A stretch of 64,000 bases of DNA. Origin: Lachnospirales bacterium. GTDB taxonomy: Bacteria; Bacillota; Clostridia; Lachnospirales; CAMZNU01. This document shows positions 19,230 to 28,834 of this stretch, piece after piece (the stretch's first letter is position 1; each line of letters begins with the position of its first letter). A model generated the notes under the pieces. That model was not told the origin of the DNA and made no database searches. It saw only the letters and a program-made list of their open reading frames with translations. The stretch is from the NCBI GenBank assembly GCA_047973385.1, contig JBKEBX010000022.1, forward strand, positions 106,692-170,691. Reading direction: 5' to 3'. The position numbers and the translations under genes were made by a program.

Positions 19230-20381
19230 ATGAATACAGATAATAATAATGATATTGATGTTAACGACTTAAATGAAATAAACAATAATGTAGATAATTC
19301 AAATGAGGACTTCACCCCAACAGTTACGAACTATACTTGTGAAAACTGTGGTGGTGGGCTTATATATTCACCTTCAGATAAGGGTTTGCTTTGTAAGTCT
19401 TGTAACCAAGTTACAAAAATTGATATTGGTGAGTTTAAAACTTTAGAGCATGATTTTCTTGAGGCACTTGAAAAAGGTTCGGAAATTGATATTAACGAAA
19501 ATAGTAATCTTGATGAAGTTTCATGTACAAACTGTGGTGCTGTTTTGGTTTTTGAATCTGGTATATATTCGGGCAAATGTTTATATTGTGGTTCAGAACT
19601 TGTAAAAACCCAAGAACCTACTAAGTATATAAAACCTGAATATATGATTCCCTTTGAATTTTCACGCAACGAAGCCGATAGAACCGTATCAAGTTGGTGT
19701 ACAAAAAAGTTCTACATGAACTCAAGTTTTAAGAAAAACATCAAAGCATCAAAACTTACAGGTGTTTATGTACCCTATTGGACTTACGATGCAAACACAA
19801 CAACCTCATACTCTGCAATGCGTGGTAAACATTATTATGTTACAAGATATAGAGTTGTAAACGGCAGACGTCAACCATATCGTGAAATGCGTACAAAGTG
19901 GCAACCTGTGTCAGGTACATATAAAAACTTCTTTGATGATACACTAATCCCTGCAACTGTTGATACAACTGATAACAAATACAGTGACGTTTTGTTTTTC
20001 AACTTACAAGAAGTTGTACCATATAACGAAAAGTACATAAGTGGTTTCATCGCAAGAAAGTATGATATAGATTTAAGTGATGGTTGGGATAAATCAAAAG
20101 CTTATTTGTCACCACGCATAAATGCAGGCATACAAAGCCAAGTCGGTGGAGATGTTATAAAAAACCTTTCTAAAGAAACTATGTATACAGACATAACTTT
20201 CAAACATATGTTACTCCCTATATGGATATACACATACAACTACAAGGGTAAACCATATACTTTTATGATAAATGGTCAAACAGGTGTTGTTACGGCAAAA
20301 TACCCTCTTGATGTTTTAAGAATAATATTAACAGTTATTTTTATTTTCTTTATTTATTATATAATGCTTAGTTTTACTTAA
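19230..20381 (+). CDS. zinc-ribbon protein with a C-terminal TM anchor (YdjG-like)
   Basis: 383 aa. CENCGG..CKSC and CTNCG..CLYCG ribbons, with a C-terminal helix LRIILTVIFIFFIYYIMLSF. It starts 13 nt after the SPFH gene. Confidence 0.6.
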   Translation: MNTDNNNDIDVNDLNEINNNVDNSNEDFTPTVTNYTCENCGGGLIYSPSDKGLLCKSCNQVTKIDIGEFKTLEHDFLEALEKGSEIDINENSNLDEVSCTNCGAVLVFESGIYSGKCLYCGSELVKTQEPTKYIKPEYMIPFEFSRNEADRTVSSWCTKKFYMNSSFKKNIKASKLTGVYVPYWTYDANTTTSYSAMRGKHYYVTRYRVVNGRRQPYREMRTKWQPVSGTYKNFFDDTLIPATVDTTDNKYSDVLFFNLQEVVPYNEKYISGFIARKYDIDLSDGWDKSKAYLSPRINAGIQSQVGGDVIKNLSKETMYTDITFKHMLLPIWIYTYNYKGKPYTFMINGQTGVVTAKYPLDVLRIILTVIFIFFIYYIMLSFT

Positions 20382-20390
20382 ATCAACAAA

Positions 20391-20446
20391 AGAGGCTGTA
20401 AGTAAACTCACATAATGTGAGATTTCTTACAGCCTCTTTTGTTTTC
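20391..20446. terminator. bidirectional Rho-independent terminator; member of the conserved hairpin family
   Basis: AGAGGCTGTAAGTAAACTCAC-ATAAT-GTGAGATTTCTTACAGCCTCT followed by TTTGTTTT. AAAAG lies on the 5' side. It sits between convergent genes. Confidence 0.75.
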
Positions 20447-20474
20447 TAGGAGGTATTTTATAAATTGCATAATT

Positions 20475-20507
20475 GCATTTTGCAATGATGCTATTTTGCA
20501 ACCGTTT
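20475..20507 (-). repeat. two short units of the CATTGCAAAA repeat family (minus orientation)
   Basis: The reverse complement reads aaacggttgcaaaatagcatcattgcaaaatgc. Compare aaacgttgcaaaattg...cacattgcaaaag at 34698-34735. Confidence 0.4.
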
Positions 20508-22068
20508 ACAAGTATTTTTTTAAAGTGTCTATTACAGCACCTTTTTTAGATATCATTTCACCAAAATACTTTTCAACATTTTGTCCCAATCCAACATTAT
20601 AAAGATTAAGTCCAAATATTTTTTCATTTGATAAAATGCTCGATACATCAAAGTCAGTATCGCCTATTTTCACTTTACTTACAATTCCTTGTAATTCTGT
20701 AAGCATAGGGTCAGGACTTATCTCCATTTTTTCTAAATCGTCATTTAAACCTATCAAATAACGTAACCATGATGCTATAGCAAGAGGAATACCTACTAAA
20801 TCTTTAGCATTATCTCCATACTTTTTAATCGTTTCACCAAAACGTATACCAACTTTTTGAGATGTGTCAGTTGCTATTCTTTGTGGCATATCCTTTACAT
20901 ATGGGTTTGGAAAACGTATATTTACAACTTCATCAATAAAGTCTTTAGGATTAATAATTTCAGGGTCTAAAACTACTTTTAAGCCTTCATCATAACCTAT
21001 TTTCTTTACAAGTTTAACTAAAGTTTCATCTTCCATTTCATCAGATATAAACTCTTTTTGTAGCAAACAACCAGTTACAGCAAGTGCCGTATGTAGTGGG
21101 TTTAAACAAGTTGTAACTTTCATAATCTCCACATTGTTTACTGTATCTCTATCTGTAAAGATAACTCTATCATTAGAAAAATCAAGTTTACCATTTTTAA
21201 AATTATCTTCTATAATAAGATACTCAACTTCTTCAGCGTTTACAAAAGGTGCCGTATAAGTGTTTTTAGATGTTACGATTGTATCCATATTTTCTAATCC
21301 CATTTTTTCAAGTTCCTCTTTTACAGAGTCATTTGGTCTAGGAGTAATTTTATCAATCATAGATAATGGATATGATACATTTTCCTCAACATATGTAATA
21401 AAGTTTTCATCAACCATACCATTTTCAAACCATTTTTTAGCAATGGTTTGTACTGCAAGTTTTACCTTGTCCCCATTATGTGAACAATTATCCATAGATA
21501 ATAGGGTAATCGGCGTAGCATTTGCTTTAAATCTCTTATATAGCATAGCCGTTACAATAGACATTACATGAGAAGCCTTTTCAATTTCTCTTGTAAAATC
21601 AACTTCAACAAATGGAAAAAATTCGCCATTCGCATTAGTCAAAGCATATCCCTTTTCAGTTATTGTAAAAGATACGATTTTTAAAGAAGGATTTACAAAG
21701 TAAGAGGTCATTTCATCATACTCATCAGTTGTAATTCCATGAACTATACCTGCTGTTACATTTGGTACAAATTCACCTGTTGACTTTAGTGTAACACTTA
21801 AAGTTAAGTTATCAAAAGGTGTGTATACTTTATCTATAATTTCTTTATCAAAACTTTCAATAGCTATTATACCAGTACTTATTTTGCCCTTTTCAATTGC
21901 TTTTTGTGCTGTATTACCTACTAAAATTCTGAAAATATTACCTGCTCCAAAATGTAACCACTCTGGATTTTTCAAAGTTGCTTCTTTAACTTTTTCTATA
22001 TCAAATTTAGGAACTTCAATGCCTAAATTTTCTATTTTACTTAAATCATTAACACAAAGTTTAGCCAT
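20506..22068 (-). CDS. uxuB: mannitol dehydrogenase-family oxidoreductase, probable fructuronate reductase
   Basis: 520 aa. WLHFGAGNIFR N-terminal NAD motif. It lies 2 nt downstream of uxuA. Confidence 0.7.
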   Translation of the reverse strand: MAKLCVNDLSKIENLGIEVPKFDIEKVKEATLKNPEWLHFGAGNIFRILVGNTAQKAIEKGKISTGIIAIESFDKEIIDKVYTPFDNLTLSVTLKSTGEFVPNVTAGIVHGITTDEYDEMTSYFVNPSLKIVSFTITEKGYALTNANGEFFPFVEVDFTREIEKASHVMSIVTAMLYKRFKANATPITLLSMDNCSHNGDKVKLAVQTIAKKWFENGMVDENFITYVEENVSYPLSMIDKITPRPNDSVKEELEKMGLENMDTIVTSKNTYTAPFVNAEEVEYLIIEDNFKNGKLDFSNDRVIFTDRDTVNNVEIMKVTTCLNPLHTALAVTGCLLQKEFISDEMEDETLVKLVKKIGYDEGLKVVLDPEIINPKDFIDEVVNIRFPNPYVKDMPQRIATDTSQKVGIRFGETIKKYGDNAKDLVGIPLAIASWLRYLIGLNDDLEKMEISPDPMLTELQGIVSKVKIGDTDFDVSSILSNEKIFGLNLYNVGLGQNVEKYFGEMISKKGAVIDTLKKYL

Positions 22069-22070
22069 AT

Positions 22071-23141
22071 TTATTTACCTTTCTCAAGTGTATCCCAAAT
22101 ACCTAACAGATACATAACTCCTAAAGCTCTGTCATATAGACCATAGCCTGGTCGACAATTTTTTTCTTCTCCCCAAAGATGTCTACCATGATCAGGGCGA
22201 ATATACCCTTTAAAGTCTATATCGTGATATGCCTTCATAACTTCAACAACATCTACGTTGCCGTCACAAGCTCTATGTGATGCTTCAATAAAATCACCAT
22301 TTTCAAAAACTTTTACATTTCTAATGTGTGCGAAATGTATACGTTCACCAAATTCTCTTATTATACTTGGTATATCGTTATCAAGGTTTGGTCCTAAAGA
22401 ACCTGTACATAGAGTTAGCCCATTATTTTTTGAAGGCACAAGGTCTAAGAACTTTTTAATATGGTTACGACTTCTTATAATTCTTGGCAAACCAAAAATT
22501 GGCCATGGTGGGTCATCAGGATGTATAGCCATATTGATTCCAACCTCTTCACATACAGGAATTATCTTTTCTAAAAAATACTTACAGTTTTCAAAAAGTT
22601 TTTCTTCATCAACATCTTTATACTTTTCAAAAAGCTCTTCAAGGTTTGCAAGTCGTTCAGGTTCCCAACCTGGCATGGTTTTATCTCCTGCACCTTTTAA
22701 AATATTATCAGCCATTTCTCTTGCCGACTTACCATTTACAAGGTCTTTTTCATAAAACAAGGCATTTGACCCGTCTGGGTGCATTTTGTATAAGTCCGTT
22801 CTAGTCCAATCAAATACAGGCATAAAGTTATAACAAATAACTTTCACACCATATTTAGCTAATTTTCTTATTGTATCAATATAATTTTCAATATATTTAT
22901 CACGAGTTGGTAAACCAATCTTGATATCATCATGAATATTAACACTTTCAACTACATCAGGCAAAAAACCCTTTGAAGTCATATAATCTACAACTTCTTT
23001 AATTTCACTTTCTTCCCAAACGTCTCCTGCTTGTTTATGATGTAAACTCCAAACAGCAACTTCAACACCTGGAATTTGTCTTACATGGTCAAGTGTTATA
23101 TCATCGTTACCAACACCATACCATCGCCATGACATTTTCAT
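22071..23141 (-). CDS. uxuA: mannonate dehydratase
   Basis: 356 aa. MKMSWRWYG N-terminus and overall UxuA-like sequence. Confidence 0.9.
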   Translation of the reverse strand: MKMSWRWYGVGNDDITLDHVRQIPGVEVAVWSLHHKQAGDVWEESEIKEVVDYMTSKGFLPDVVESVNIHDDIKIGLPTRDKYIENYIDTIRKLAKYGVKVICYNFMPVFDWTRTDLYKMHPDGSNALFYEKDLVNGKSAREMADNILKGAGDKTMPGWEPERLANLEELFEKYKDVDEEKLFENCKYFLEKIIPVCEEVGINMAIHPDDPPWPIFGLPRIIRSRNHIKKFLDLVPSKNNGLTLCTGSLGPNLDNDIPSIIREFGERIHFAHIRNVKVFENGDFIEASHRACDGNVDVVEVMKAYHDIDFKGYIRPDHGRHLWGEEKNCRPGYGLYDRALGVMYLLGIWDTLEKGK

Positions 23142-23183
23142 AAAAACACCTCATTTCTAAATAATACACAGGTAACACAAAAT

Positions 23184-23651
23184 TTATTTCTTTAAAAGGA
23201 AATCATATAAAATTTTAAAATCCTCCCCCATAGATTTCCTTGTAAAAACATAGCCATAGTATTCCGAAACATAAATTATTATTTTGCTTTCATCTTTATG
23301 AATTTTAGTAATTTTATTCCAATAAAATTTTTCACTACCTGTCATATTTTCATGAGAAACTTCAAAAGCCTCATCATTGAAATTTATTTTTAAATACTCA
23401 GGTAGCTGTTCAAACTGTTTTTTAAACCTTTTATAAATAATTATAGGCTGAATTAAAGGAAAGAATAAAGCACATAAAATCAATATTACTTTTAAAATAA
23501 TATTAACATCACTCCAAAACCTTATAAGTAATCCGATTGTCGCAATAATAATCACAATGTTTACAATACCTACCATACTTTTATACATACCCTTTAAAGT
23601 CATTTTTGTAGGCTCTATAGGGTCAAGTCTATAATCTAAATCTATATTCAT
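23184..23651 (-). CDS. YcxB-like small membrane protein
   Basis: 155 aa with two central TM helices and a C-terminal YcxB-like segment (IIIYVSEYYGYVFTRKSM). Confidence 0.55.
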   Translation of the reverse strand: MNIDLDYRLDPIEPTKMTLKGMYKSMVGIVNIVIIIATIGLLIRFWSDVNIILKVILILCALFFPLIQPIIIYKRFKKQFEQLPEYLKINFNDEAFEVSHENMTGSEKFYWNKITKIHKDESKIIIYVSEYYGYVFTRKSMGEDFKILYDFLLKK

Positions 23652-23655
23652 AATC

Positions 23656-24951
23656 TTAACCTAAAACTGATGGTAAAAACATTGATATAGCTGGTACAAA
23701 TGTAATAAGTAATAATGTTATTACCATACATATATAAAATGGCAAGGTTGCTTTAACAACTTTTTCCATAGGAACTTTACCAACAGCAGAACCAATAAAC
23801 AATACTGCTCCAACTGGTGGTGTAAGTAAACCAATACCACAGTTAAGTATAATCATAATACCAAATTGTATAGGGTCTATACCGATGGACGTCGCAATTG
23901 GTAATAAAATAGGTGTTGCTATAAGGATAATTGGTGCCATATCCATTATACAACCTAAAACAAGCAAAATTAAATTCAACAATAACGCTAGAACAATAGG
24001 GTTATCAGTTATACCGATTATTGCATTTGCTGCAAGTGTAGGTACTTTTAAAAGCGTTAACAAATAACCGAAAACTGAAGATGTCGCTATAAGTATAAGT
24101 ACTATGGCAAGTGTATATACACATTGGTCAAACACCTCCCAAACACCTTTCCATGTAAGTCCTTTATATACATAAACGCTAACAAATAAACTATAAATAA
24201 CTGCTATGGCTGCTGATTCTGTTGCCGTAAAAGCACCACCTATAACACCAAAAACAACAATTACAACAGCTGCTAATGCCCAAAAAGACACTGCAAATTG
24301 TTTAAAGAAATTTGTTATCGAAAATTTCTCACCTTTAGGATAATTTCTTTTTACAGAAATTATATATGAGCCAACCATTAATGTTACAGCAAGTACGGCT
24401 GCTGGTAAATATCCTGCTAAAAACAAAGAACCTACTGAAATACCACCTGCTGTTGTAGCATATATAATCATATTGTGTGACGGAGGAACAAGAAGTCCTT
24501 CCACCGATGATGTTATTGTAACAGCTGTTGCAAAGTCACCGTCATAACCTTCTTCAACCATCATAGGTATCAAAATTGAACCAAGTGACGCTGTGTCTGC
24601 TGAAGCAGAACCCGATATACCACCAAAGAAATATGATGCAACGATGTTAACCATAGCCATACCACCACGCATCCACCCTACACATGCATTTGCAAGGGCT
24701 ATAAGTTTTTCTGATATACCACCACTTCCCATAAGTACACCCATAGTTATAAAAAATGGTACTGCCATTAAAGAATATGAGCTTATACCCTTTATCATCT
24801 GTTGACAAACAGTTGTTAACGGTAACTCCATGTGTATAAGCGTAAAAATTGAAGAAATAGCCACTGCATAAGCTATTGGAAATCTTAACAAAATCATTAT
24901 AAAAAAGCTTCCAAGTAGGATTGCAATTGCCATTGTATTGTAATCAACCAT
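23656..24951 (-). CDS. dctM: TRAP transporter large permease
   Basis: 431 aa, polytopic, typical DctM sequence. The start overlaps the dctQ stop. Confidence 0.9.
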   Translation of the reverse strand: MVDYNTMAIAILLGSFFIMILLRFPIAYAVAISSIFTLIHMELPLTTVCQQMIKGISSYSLMAVPFFITMGVLMGSGGISEKLIALANACVGWMRGGMAMVNIVASYFFGGISGSASADTASLGSILIPMMVEEGYDGDFATAVTITSSVEGLLVPPSHNMIIYATTAGGISVGSLFLAGYLPAAVLAVTLMVGSYIISVKRNYPKGEKFSITNFFKQFAVSFWALAAVVIVVFGVIGGAFTATESAAIAVIYSLFVSVYVYKGLTWKGVWEVFDQCVYTLAIVLILIATSSVFGYLLTLLKVPTLAANAIIGITDNPIVLALLLNLILLVLGCIMDMAPIILIATPILLPIATSIGIDPIQFGIMIILNCGIGLLTPPVGAVLFIGSAVGKVPMEKVVKATLPFYICMVITLLLITFVPAISMFLPSVLG

Positions 24952-25490
24952 TATATCACCTCGTATTTAAAGACTTTTTTAAGATTATTATATAAAGACT
25001 CAAGAAGGAATGTTAACATTGCAACACCTGCAAGAGGAATTGGGAAGTACATCCAAAACTTTGAAATTGTCGGCATAGATACATAAGTCGCTTTTCCACC
25101 TATTGTCATAGCATATTTCCAACCTACAAAAATCATTACAAGTGCAAGTCCTACAAGTGCAATATCAGCTAAAATATCTAAAAACAAAATTAATTTTTTA
25201 GGCAAATATTTGTCAAAAGCAGTCATTCTTATATGGCTACCACGTCTTATAGCAAGTGCCGCTGATAAAACAGCCATATAAGCCATACATGATAATACAA
25301 CTTCTTCAGTCCATGCAGCATCATTTATAAACGGTATATATTTTTTAACAAAGTCAAATCGACCAAGTACAGCATAGGTTGTAATTAAAATATCAGTTAT
25401 CAACAGAATTTTTGATATAAAAAGTACAGCTTTATCCATACCTTCAAATAAAGGTTTTCCTTTATCCATTGTCTGAAAAAATTTGTTCAC
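24951..25490 (-). CDS. dctQ: TRAP transporter small permease
   Basis: 179 aa with 4 TM helices. GTG start with RBS GGAGGG. Confidence 0.85.
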   Translation of the reverse strand: MNKFFQTMDKGKPLFEGMDKAVLFISKILLITDILITTYAVLGRFDFVKKYIPFINDAAWTEEVVLSCMAYMAVLSAALAIRRGSHIRMTAFDKYLPKKLILFLDILADIALVGLALVMIFVGWKYAMTIGGKATYVSMPTISKFWMYFPIPLAGVAMLTFLLESLYNNLKKVFKYEVI

Positions 25491-25637
25491 GTTTAACCCT
25501 CCTAAAAAGTAAGGGTAAGTCGGCTAAAATACCAACAAACCCTTTACTTTAGCATTTAGCAATATAGATGTAAAATTGCTATATTTTTTTAGTACTTCAA
25601 TCTATTCAAAACATTATATTTTATTAGATTGAAATTT

Positions 25638-26720
25638 TTATTTCATGTCAAGAATTTGTTGATATAAATCAGTCATATCACCAACAGCTTCGTCTACAAC
25701 ACTTGAAACTGCGTTAGCCCATTCAGACTTATCTTCAACTTCTACAATGTTAGCTCCTTCAGCTTTTAAAGCTTCTAAAGTTTCATTTTCAGCACCTTCA
25801 GAAATTTCTCTGTTAAATGCAGAAGCGATTTCTCCAGCTTCCATCATTGCAGCTTGTTGGTCTTCTGATAAGCTATCCCAAGCTTCATCAGTTATAACAA
25901 CTTGGATTGCACCTAGTGTATGACCATCTAAAATCATATTTGGAGCAACTTCTTGGAATGCATTAGCTTTATAGTTAGAAATTGGTTGCTCTGCACCATC
26001 AACTACACCTGTTTGAATTGCTGAATATAATTCACCAAAACTTACAACTGTTGGAGATGCACCTAAACTTGTAACCAAACCTTGCATAACAGGGTCATTA
26101 GAAACACGAAGTTTCATACCTGCTAAGTCAGCCATTGTATTTACTGGGTCAACTGTAAAGAAATGACGGAAACCTTCTTCACCATAGAATAAACCACGGA
26201 TACCAGTACCGTTTTCATGTGGCTCAAGTAAAAACTCATCAGCTAAATCAGACTCAGCAAATGTCCAGAAGTGATCACGATTTTCAAAAGTATATGGAAG
26301 TGATAAAAGTTTAGACTTCTCACCACCGTAACTTGTTAAAGCAAACGCAGAGATACGTGACATATCTACTGTACCACCACCACCAAGCATAGTATCAAGT
26401 ACATCATTTTCAGCACCTAAAACACCACTTGCTTGAACGTCGATTATAACACTACCATCTGTTAATCTTTCAACTTCTTCTTTAAACTTTAGACCTGTTT
26501 GACCTACAATTGAATCTTCAGGGTTTACTTCTGCATATACAAAAGTAATTGGCTCAACTTCTGCTTCTGCTTCTTCTTCAGCTGGCTCCTCTGTCGCTGG
26601 TTCTTCTGCTGTTGGCTCCTCTGCTGGCTCCTCTGCTGCAGGTTCTGAACCTCCACAACTTACTGTTGCAAGTGCAACAACACTTATTAACATAGCTGCC
26701 GTAATTTTCTTAAATTTCAT
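25638..26720 (-). CDS. dctP: TRAP transporter substrate-binding lipoprotein
   Basis: 360 aa. Lipobox ATVSCGG, then an acidic EPAxEEP low-complexity linker, then a DctP-type domain. Confidence 0.85.
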   Translation of the reverse strand: MKFKKITAAMLISVVALATVSCGGSEPAAEEPAEEPTAEEPATEEPAEEEAEAEVEPITFVYAEVNPEDSIVGQTGLKFKEEVERLTDGSVIIDVQASGVLGAENDVLDTMLGGGGTVDMSRISAFALTSYGGEKSKLLSLPYTFENRDHFWTFAESDLADEFLLEPHENGTGIRGLFYGEEGFRHFFTVDPVNTMADLAGMKLRVSNDPVMQGLVTSLGASPTVVSFGELYSAIQTGVVDGAEQPISNYKANAFQEVAPNMILDGHTLGAIQVVITDEAWDSLSEDQQAAMMEAGEIASAFNREISEGAENETLEALKAEGANIVEVEDKSEWANAVSSVVDEAVGDMTDLYQQILDMK

Positions 26721-26841
26721 AATTTTCCTCCTACTAAATAAAAGTTAAAAAGTTTTCTTCATTTCTTATATAACAAAGATACAACCCTCATAAAAATCAT
26801 ATCTCATTGCTATCTTACTCGACATAATTCCAAAGCAAATT

Positions 26842-26940
26842 CAAGAGATTACAAGATTTGAATTTTTCTAGAAACGGTTTAAATATATTTAAAACTAAAG
26901 CCACAGAAAAAAACGAATTTTGCAACGTTGCAACTTACTT
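26842..26940 (+). repeat. copy A of the modular intergenic repeat (M1 module plus tail)
   Basis: caagagattacaagatttgaatttttctagaaacgg is 30/35 identical to the M1 module at 30479. The tail aaaaacgaattttgcaacgttgcaac resembles ataaaacgaatttcgagatgttgcc at 30582. Confidence 0.55.
26920..26933. promoter_or_regulatory. perfect 14-bp palindrome TTGCAACGTTGCAA, candidate LacI/GalR-family operator
   Basis: Central CG with symmetric TGCAAC half-sites. It lies in the cupin/dctP intergenic region of the hexuronate locus but also inside repeat copy A. Confidence 0.35.
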
Positions 26941-26942
26941 TT

Positions 26943-27272
26943 TTATAAAAAATCTTTTCTCATAGGTGTAAACACATCGAGTAAAACTCCTTCTTCTAAA
27001 GCCTTTGCACCGTGTACAATATCAGGTTCTTTATATAAACAATCACCTTCTTTTACAATTTTCGTTTCCCCTCCAATTGTAAACTCAAAACTACCTTTTA
27101 AAACATATGTAGCTTGTTCATGTGGATGATTATGCATAGACCCTACGGAACCTTTTTCAAAATGCACCTCAACAACCATAATATTGTCACTGTATGCCAT
27201 TACTTTTCGTTTTACACCTTCACCTAAATCAATAAGCTCTAAATCATCGCCAAACCAATAGTTTCTTACCAT
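26943..27272 (-). CDS. cupin domain protein
   Basis: 109 aa. Cupin motifs GSMHNHPHEQATYVLKG and GDCLYKEPDIVHG. Confidence 0.7.
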   Translation of the reverse strand: MVRNYWFGDDLELIDLGEGVKRKVMAYSDNIMVVEVHFEKGSVGSMHNHPHEQATYVLKGSFEFTIGGETKIVKEGDCLYKEPDIVHGAKALEEGVLLDVFTPMRKDFL

Positions 27273-27348
27273 TTTCTACCTCGCTTCAATAATTGTCTTA
27301 AAAAATACAATCTATTTTAAAAAACAAAATACAATATAATCTGTACAG

Positions 27349-28824
27349 TTAAAGAGTTACACCATCTTTAAAAATAGATATTTCTCTATAACCATTAATT
27401 TCATTTTTTGTATAAACTTCTCCACTTGCAACTTGAATTATATAGTCTAAAAATTCATTTGCAAGAGTATCTAAGTCTTTTTCATCTATAACAGGACTTG
27501 CGTCAAAATCACACCAATTATTTTTCTTTTTAAACAACTCATTATTACTCGCTATTTTAACAGTAGGTATAGGCGAACCAAGTGGTGTACCTCTACCTGT
27601 TGTAAACAAAACAATATTTGCACCTGATGCCGTAAGTGCTGTACAAGCTACTATATCGTTTCCAGGACCTTGTAGTAAGTTAAGTCCTTTAACCTTTGAT
27701 GTTTCACCATACTTTAAAACATTTACTACATTTGCAAGACCACCTTTTTGAGTACAACCAAGGGATTTATCTTCAAGTGTAGTTATGCCTCCATCTTTAT
27801 TCCCAGGTGACGGATTTTCGTAAACTACTTGGTCATGAGATTTATAATAATCCTTAAAATTATTTATTAAATCTACTGTATCATCAAAAACTTTTTTATC
27901 TATACATCTATTCATAAGTATAGTTTCAGCACCAAACATTTCAGGCACTTCTGTTAATATACTCGTTCCTCCTGCTCCAATTAACAAGTCCGATAATCTA
28001 CCAACTAAGGGATTTGCTGTAATTCCAGACAAACCGTCTGAACCACCACATTTTAAACCTATTGTAAGATTATCTAAGGACATTTCTTCTCTTTTTTGAG
28101 ATTTCGTATATGCTACTAAATCATCAACAATTGAAGTTCCTTTTTCTATTTCATCTTCAACATCTTGAGCAACTAAAAATTTAACTCTATTCGTATCTAC
28201 ATCACCTAAAACTTTTTTAAATTCTTTTAAATTATTGTTTTCACAACCAAGTGATAGAACTAAAACAGCTGCTGCATTTGGGTGTTCTACAAGTCTAGCT
28301 AAAACTTCTTGAGTCATTTCGTGGTCATCACCCATTTGTGAGCAACCATATGGGTGTACAAAAGTATAAACACCGTCAAAACTCTCATTAATTTCATATT
28401 TTCTATTTGCAATTTCTGCAATTTTCTCAGCAGATTTATTTATACAACCTACTGTATTTATTATCCAGACTTCGTTTCTTATACCAACTTTACCATTTAA
28501 TCTTTTGTATCCTTTAAATGTTTTACTGATTTTTGGAATATCATTTAAGTTAGGTTCATATTTATACTCTAAAGTATCGTTCAAATTTGTCTTTACATTG
28601 TGAACATGAATATGCTCACCTTTGTTTATGGACTTAGTAGCGTGACCGATAGGATAGCCATATTTGATAACATCTTCATCTACCTCAATATCTAAGAGTG
28701 CAATTTTATGACCTTTAGGTATTACATCAGTCGCTTTAACGCCTAAAACATCTTCACCAATTTCAATAGTTTTAAGTGCAACTGCAACATTATCATTTGG
28801 GTTAATTTTTATATAACCTTTCAT
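27349..28824 (-). CDS. uxaA: altronate dehydratase
   Basis: 491 aa. N-terminal SAF domain (INPNDNVAVAL) and a UxaA C-terminal domain. Confidence 0.9.
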   Translation of the reverse strand: MKGYIKINPNDNVAVALKTIEIGEDVLGVKATDVIPKGHKIALLDIEVDEDVIKYGYPIGHATKSINKGEHIHVHNVKTNLNDTLEYKYEPNLNDIPKISKTFKGYKRLNGKVGIRNEVWIINTVGCINKSAEKIAEIANRKYEINESFDGVYTFVHPYGCSQMGDDHEMTQEVLARLVEHPNAAAVLVLSLGCENNNLKEFKKVLGDVDTNRVKFLVAQDVEDEIEKGTSIVDDLVAYTKSQKREEMSLDNLTIGLKCGGSDGLSGITANPLVGRLSDLLIGAGGTSILTEVPEMFGAETILMNRCIDKKVFDDTVDLINNFKDYYKSHDQVVYENPSPGNKDGGITTLEDKSLGCTQKGGLANVVNVLKYGETSKVKGLNLLQGPGNDIVACTALTASGANIVLFTTGRGTPLGSPIPTVKIASNNELFKKKNNWCDFDASPVIDEKDLDTLANEFLDYIIQVASGEVYTKNEINGYREISIFKDGVTL

Positions 28825-28834
28825 ATATACTCCT

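Noticed and set aside
26920-26933. CcpA catabolite-responsive element (cre)
   Set aside because: The palindrome TGCAACGTTGCA is 12 bp with TGCAAC half-sites. The cre consensus (TGNAANCGNWNNCA) is 14 bp, and aligning on the central CG breaks the conserved G2 and A4 positions. A dedicated LacI-family operator or a repeat-derived sequence fits better.
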